From positions 1 to 27,017 of IMG/VR virus record IMGVR_UViG_3300011422_000016: 27,017 nt of DNA. One strand, given 5' to 3'. The translations under genes were made by a program, and so were the position numbers. This document shows, one piece after another, positions 26,727 to 27,017 of this stretch; positions within the stretch are counted from its first letter, which is position 1; every line of letters starts with the position of its first letter. The notes beneath the pieces are model-generated. The model had not been told where the DNA came from, did not search any database, and was given only the letters and a program-made list of their open reading frames with translations. Source of the stretch: a virus. Lineage: Duplodnaviria > Caudoviricetes.

Positions 26727-27017
26727 CAGGTACTATGAGCAACTCCGACTCAACGCAGAGAAAGAAAGGGTATCTCGCAGTAAATCCGTTAGAAGCACAA
26801 CTACTACAGTGGTGCCTCCAAAGAGTCAGCGATCAAGTGCTAAGTCCGGCAAATGTTCAGACCAAGCTAGCACTTATGAGCAAATTAGAAGATATGAAAA
26901 TGGTGGTTCCTACGAACGAGGAACCAACCCTAGGTACTTTGGTTTCTATCAGTTTGATAGAGGTACTTGGGAAGCTAACGGCGGAAATCCAGAAACTTGG
27001 GGTTCAGCTAGCCGAGA
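26455..27017 (+). CDS. Membrane-anchored or secreted Rpf-like (resuscitation-promoting factor) lytic transglycosylase, 3' truncated by the window edge
   Basis: Frame open from GTG 26455 to the end. It reads MRLTKFLKSL..., a hydrophobic YLLTLILLFGVTGGILPLLL stretch, a Thr/Pro/Ser-rich linker, then YEQIRRYENGGSY...RYFGFYQFDRGTWEANGG...SASR, matching the Rpf pattern W..IA.CESGG.....GYYG..QF...TW...GG......ASR. GAGGAG lies 13 nt upstream. Confidence 0.85.
   Translation, partial: MRLTKFLKSLTSPDSRNSYLLTLILLFGVTGGILPLLLQNPLPTTHPEAVSTYQWTPTSKPTSIITTYSKSPTITSPKPLPANFQREMNLDRYYEQLRLNAEKERVSRSKSVRSTTTTVVPPKSQRSSAKSGKCSDQASTYEQIRRYENGGSYERGTNPRYFGFYQFDRGTWEANGGNPETWGSASR
26735..27017 (+). CDS. Possible overlapping hypothetical protein (at least 94 aa, 3' truncated)
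   Basis: ATG 8 nt after the stop of 26079..26726; open to the window end (MSNSDSTQRKKGYLAVNPLEAQLLQWCLQRV...EVLGKLTAEIQKLGVQLAE); lies wholly inside the Rpf ORF in another frame. Confidence 0.4.
   Translation, partial: MSNSDSTQRKKGYLAVNPLEAQLLQWCLQRVSDQVLSPANVQTKLALMSKLEDMKMVVPTNEEPTLGTLVSISLIEVLGKLTAEIQKLGVQLAE

Noticed and set aside
26716-27017. ATG 26716 as the start of the Rpf gene
   Set aside because: GGGAG lies directly against the ATG with no spacer, and the frame is open upstream to GTG 26455, which adds a TM/signal segment and linker typical of Rpfs. A secondary start cannot be excluded.
1-27017. Stop-codon reassignment, CRISPR array, tRNA genes, DGR/reverse transcriptase, integrase, introns or inteins
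   Set aside because: Genes tile densely under the standard code with all three stops in use. No spaced repeats, cloverleafs, RT or recombinase motifs seen. PolA, TerL and portal appear uninterrupted.

Overview
Part of a tailed dsDNA phage genome with podovirus-like (P22/T7-style) virion genes. WhiB, an Rpf-type transglycosylase, a leaderless promoter and Acidimicrobiia-style DGGVFxYGDA repeats in the endolysin point to an actinobacterial host. The left end (+ strand) is the end of a replication module: family A DNA polymerase, RuvC-like resolvase and small ORFs. Positions ~2.3-25.8 kb (- strand) form one long morphogenesis/lysis unit. In order it holds a tandem-HTH regulator, TerS, fibre/LamG genes, TerL, portal, scaffold, major capsid, tail fibre, adaptor, nozzle, ejection proteins, an M15 peptidase, endolysin, a small TM protein and whiB. 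At the right end, back-to-back sigma-70 promoters drive a leaderless ribbon-helix-helix gene and a dual-coded early operon. Most notable observations, several missed by the ORF track: (1) a membrane-anchored or secreted Rpf-like gene overlapping two other ORFs in different frames; (2) an early protein carrying a near copy of the major capsid N-terminal helix; (3) an AIxRR[ML]xK motif shared by three unrelated small basic proteins of the virion module; (4) an 87-nt hairpin inside the 5' end of the scaffold gene. All calls come from motif recognition by eye; no searches were run.
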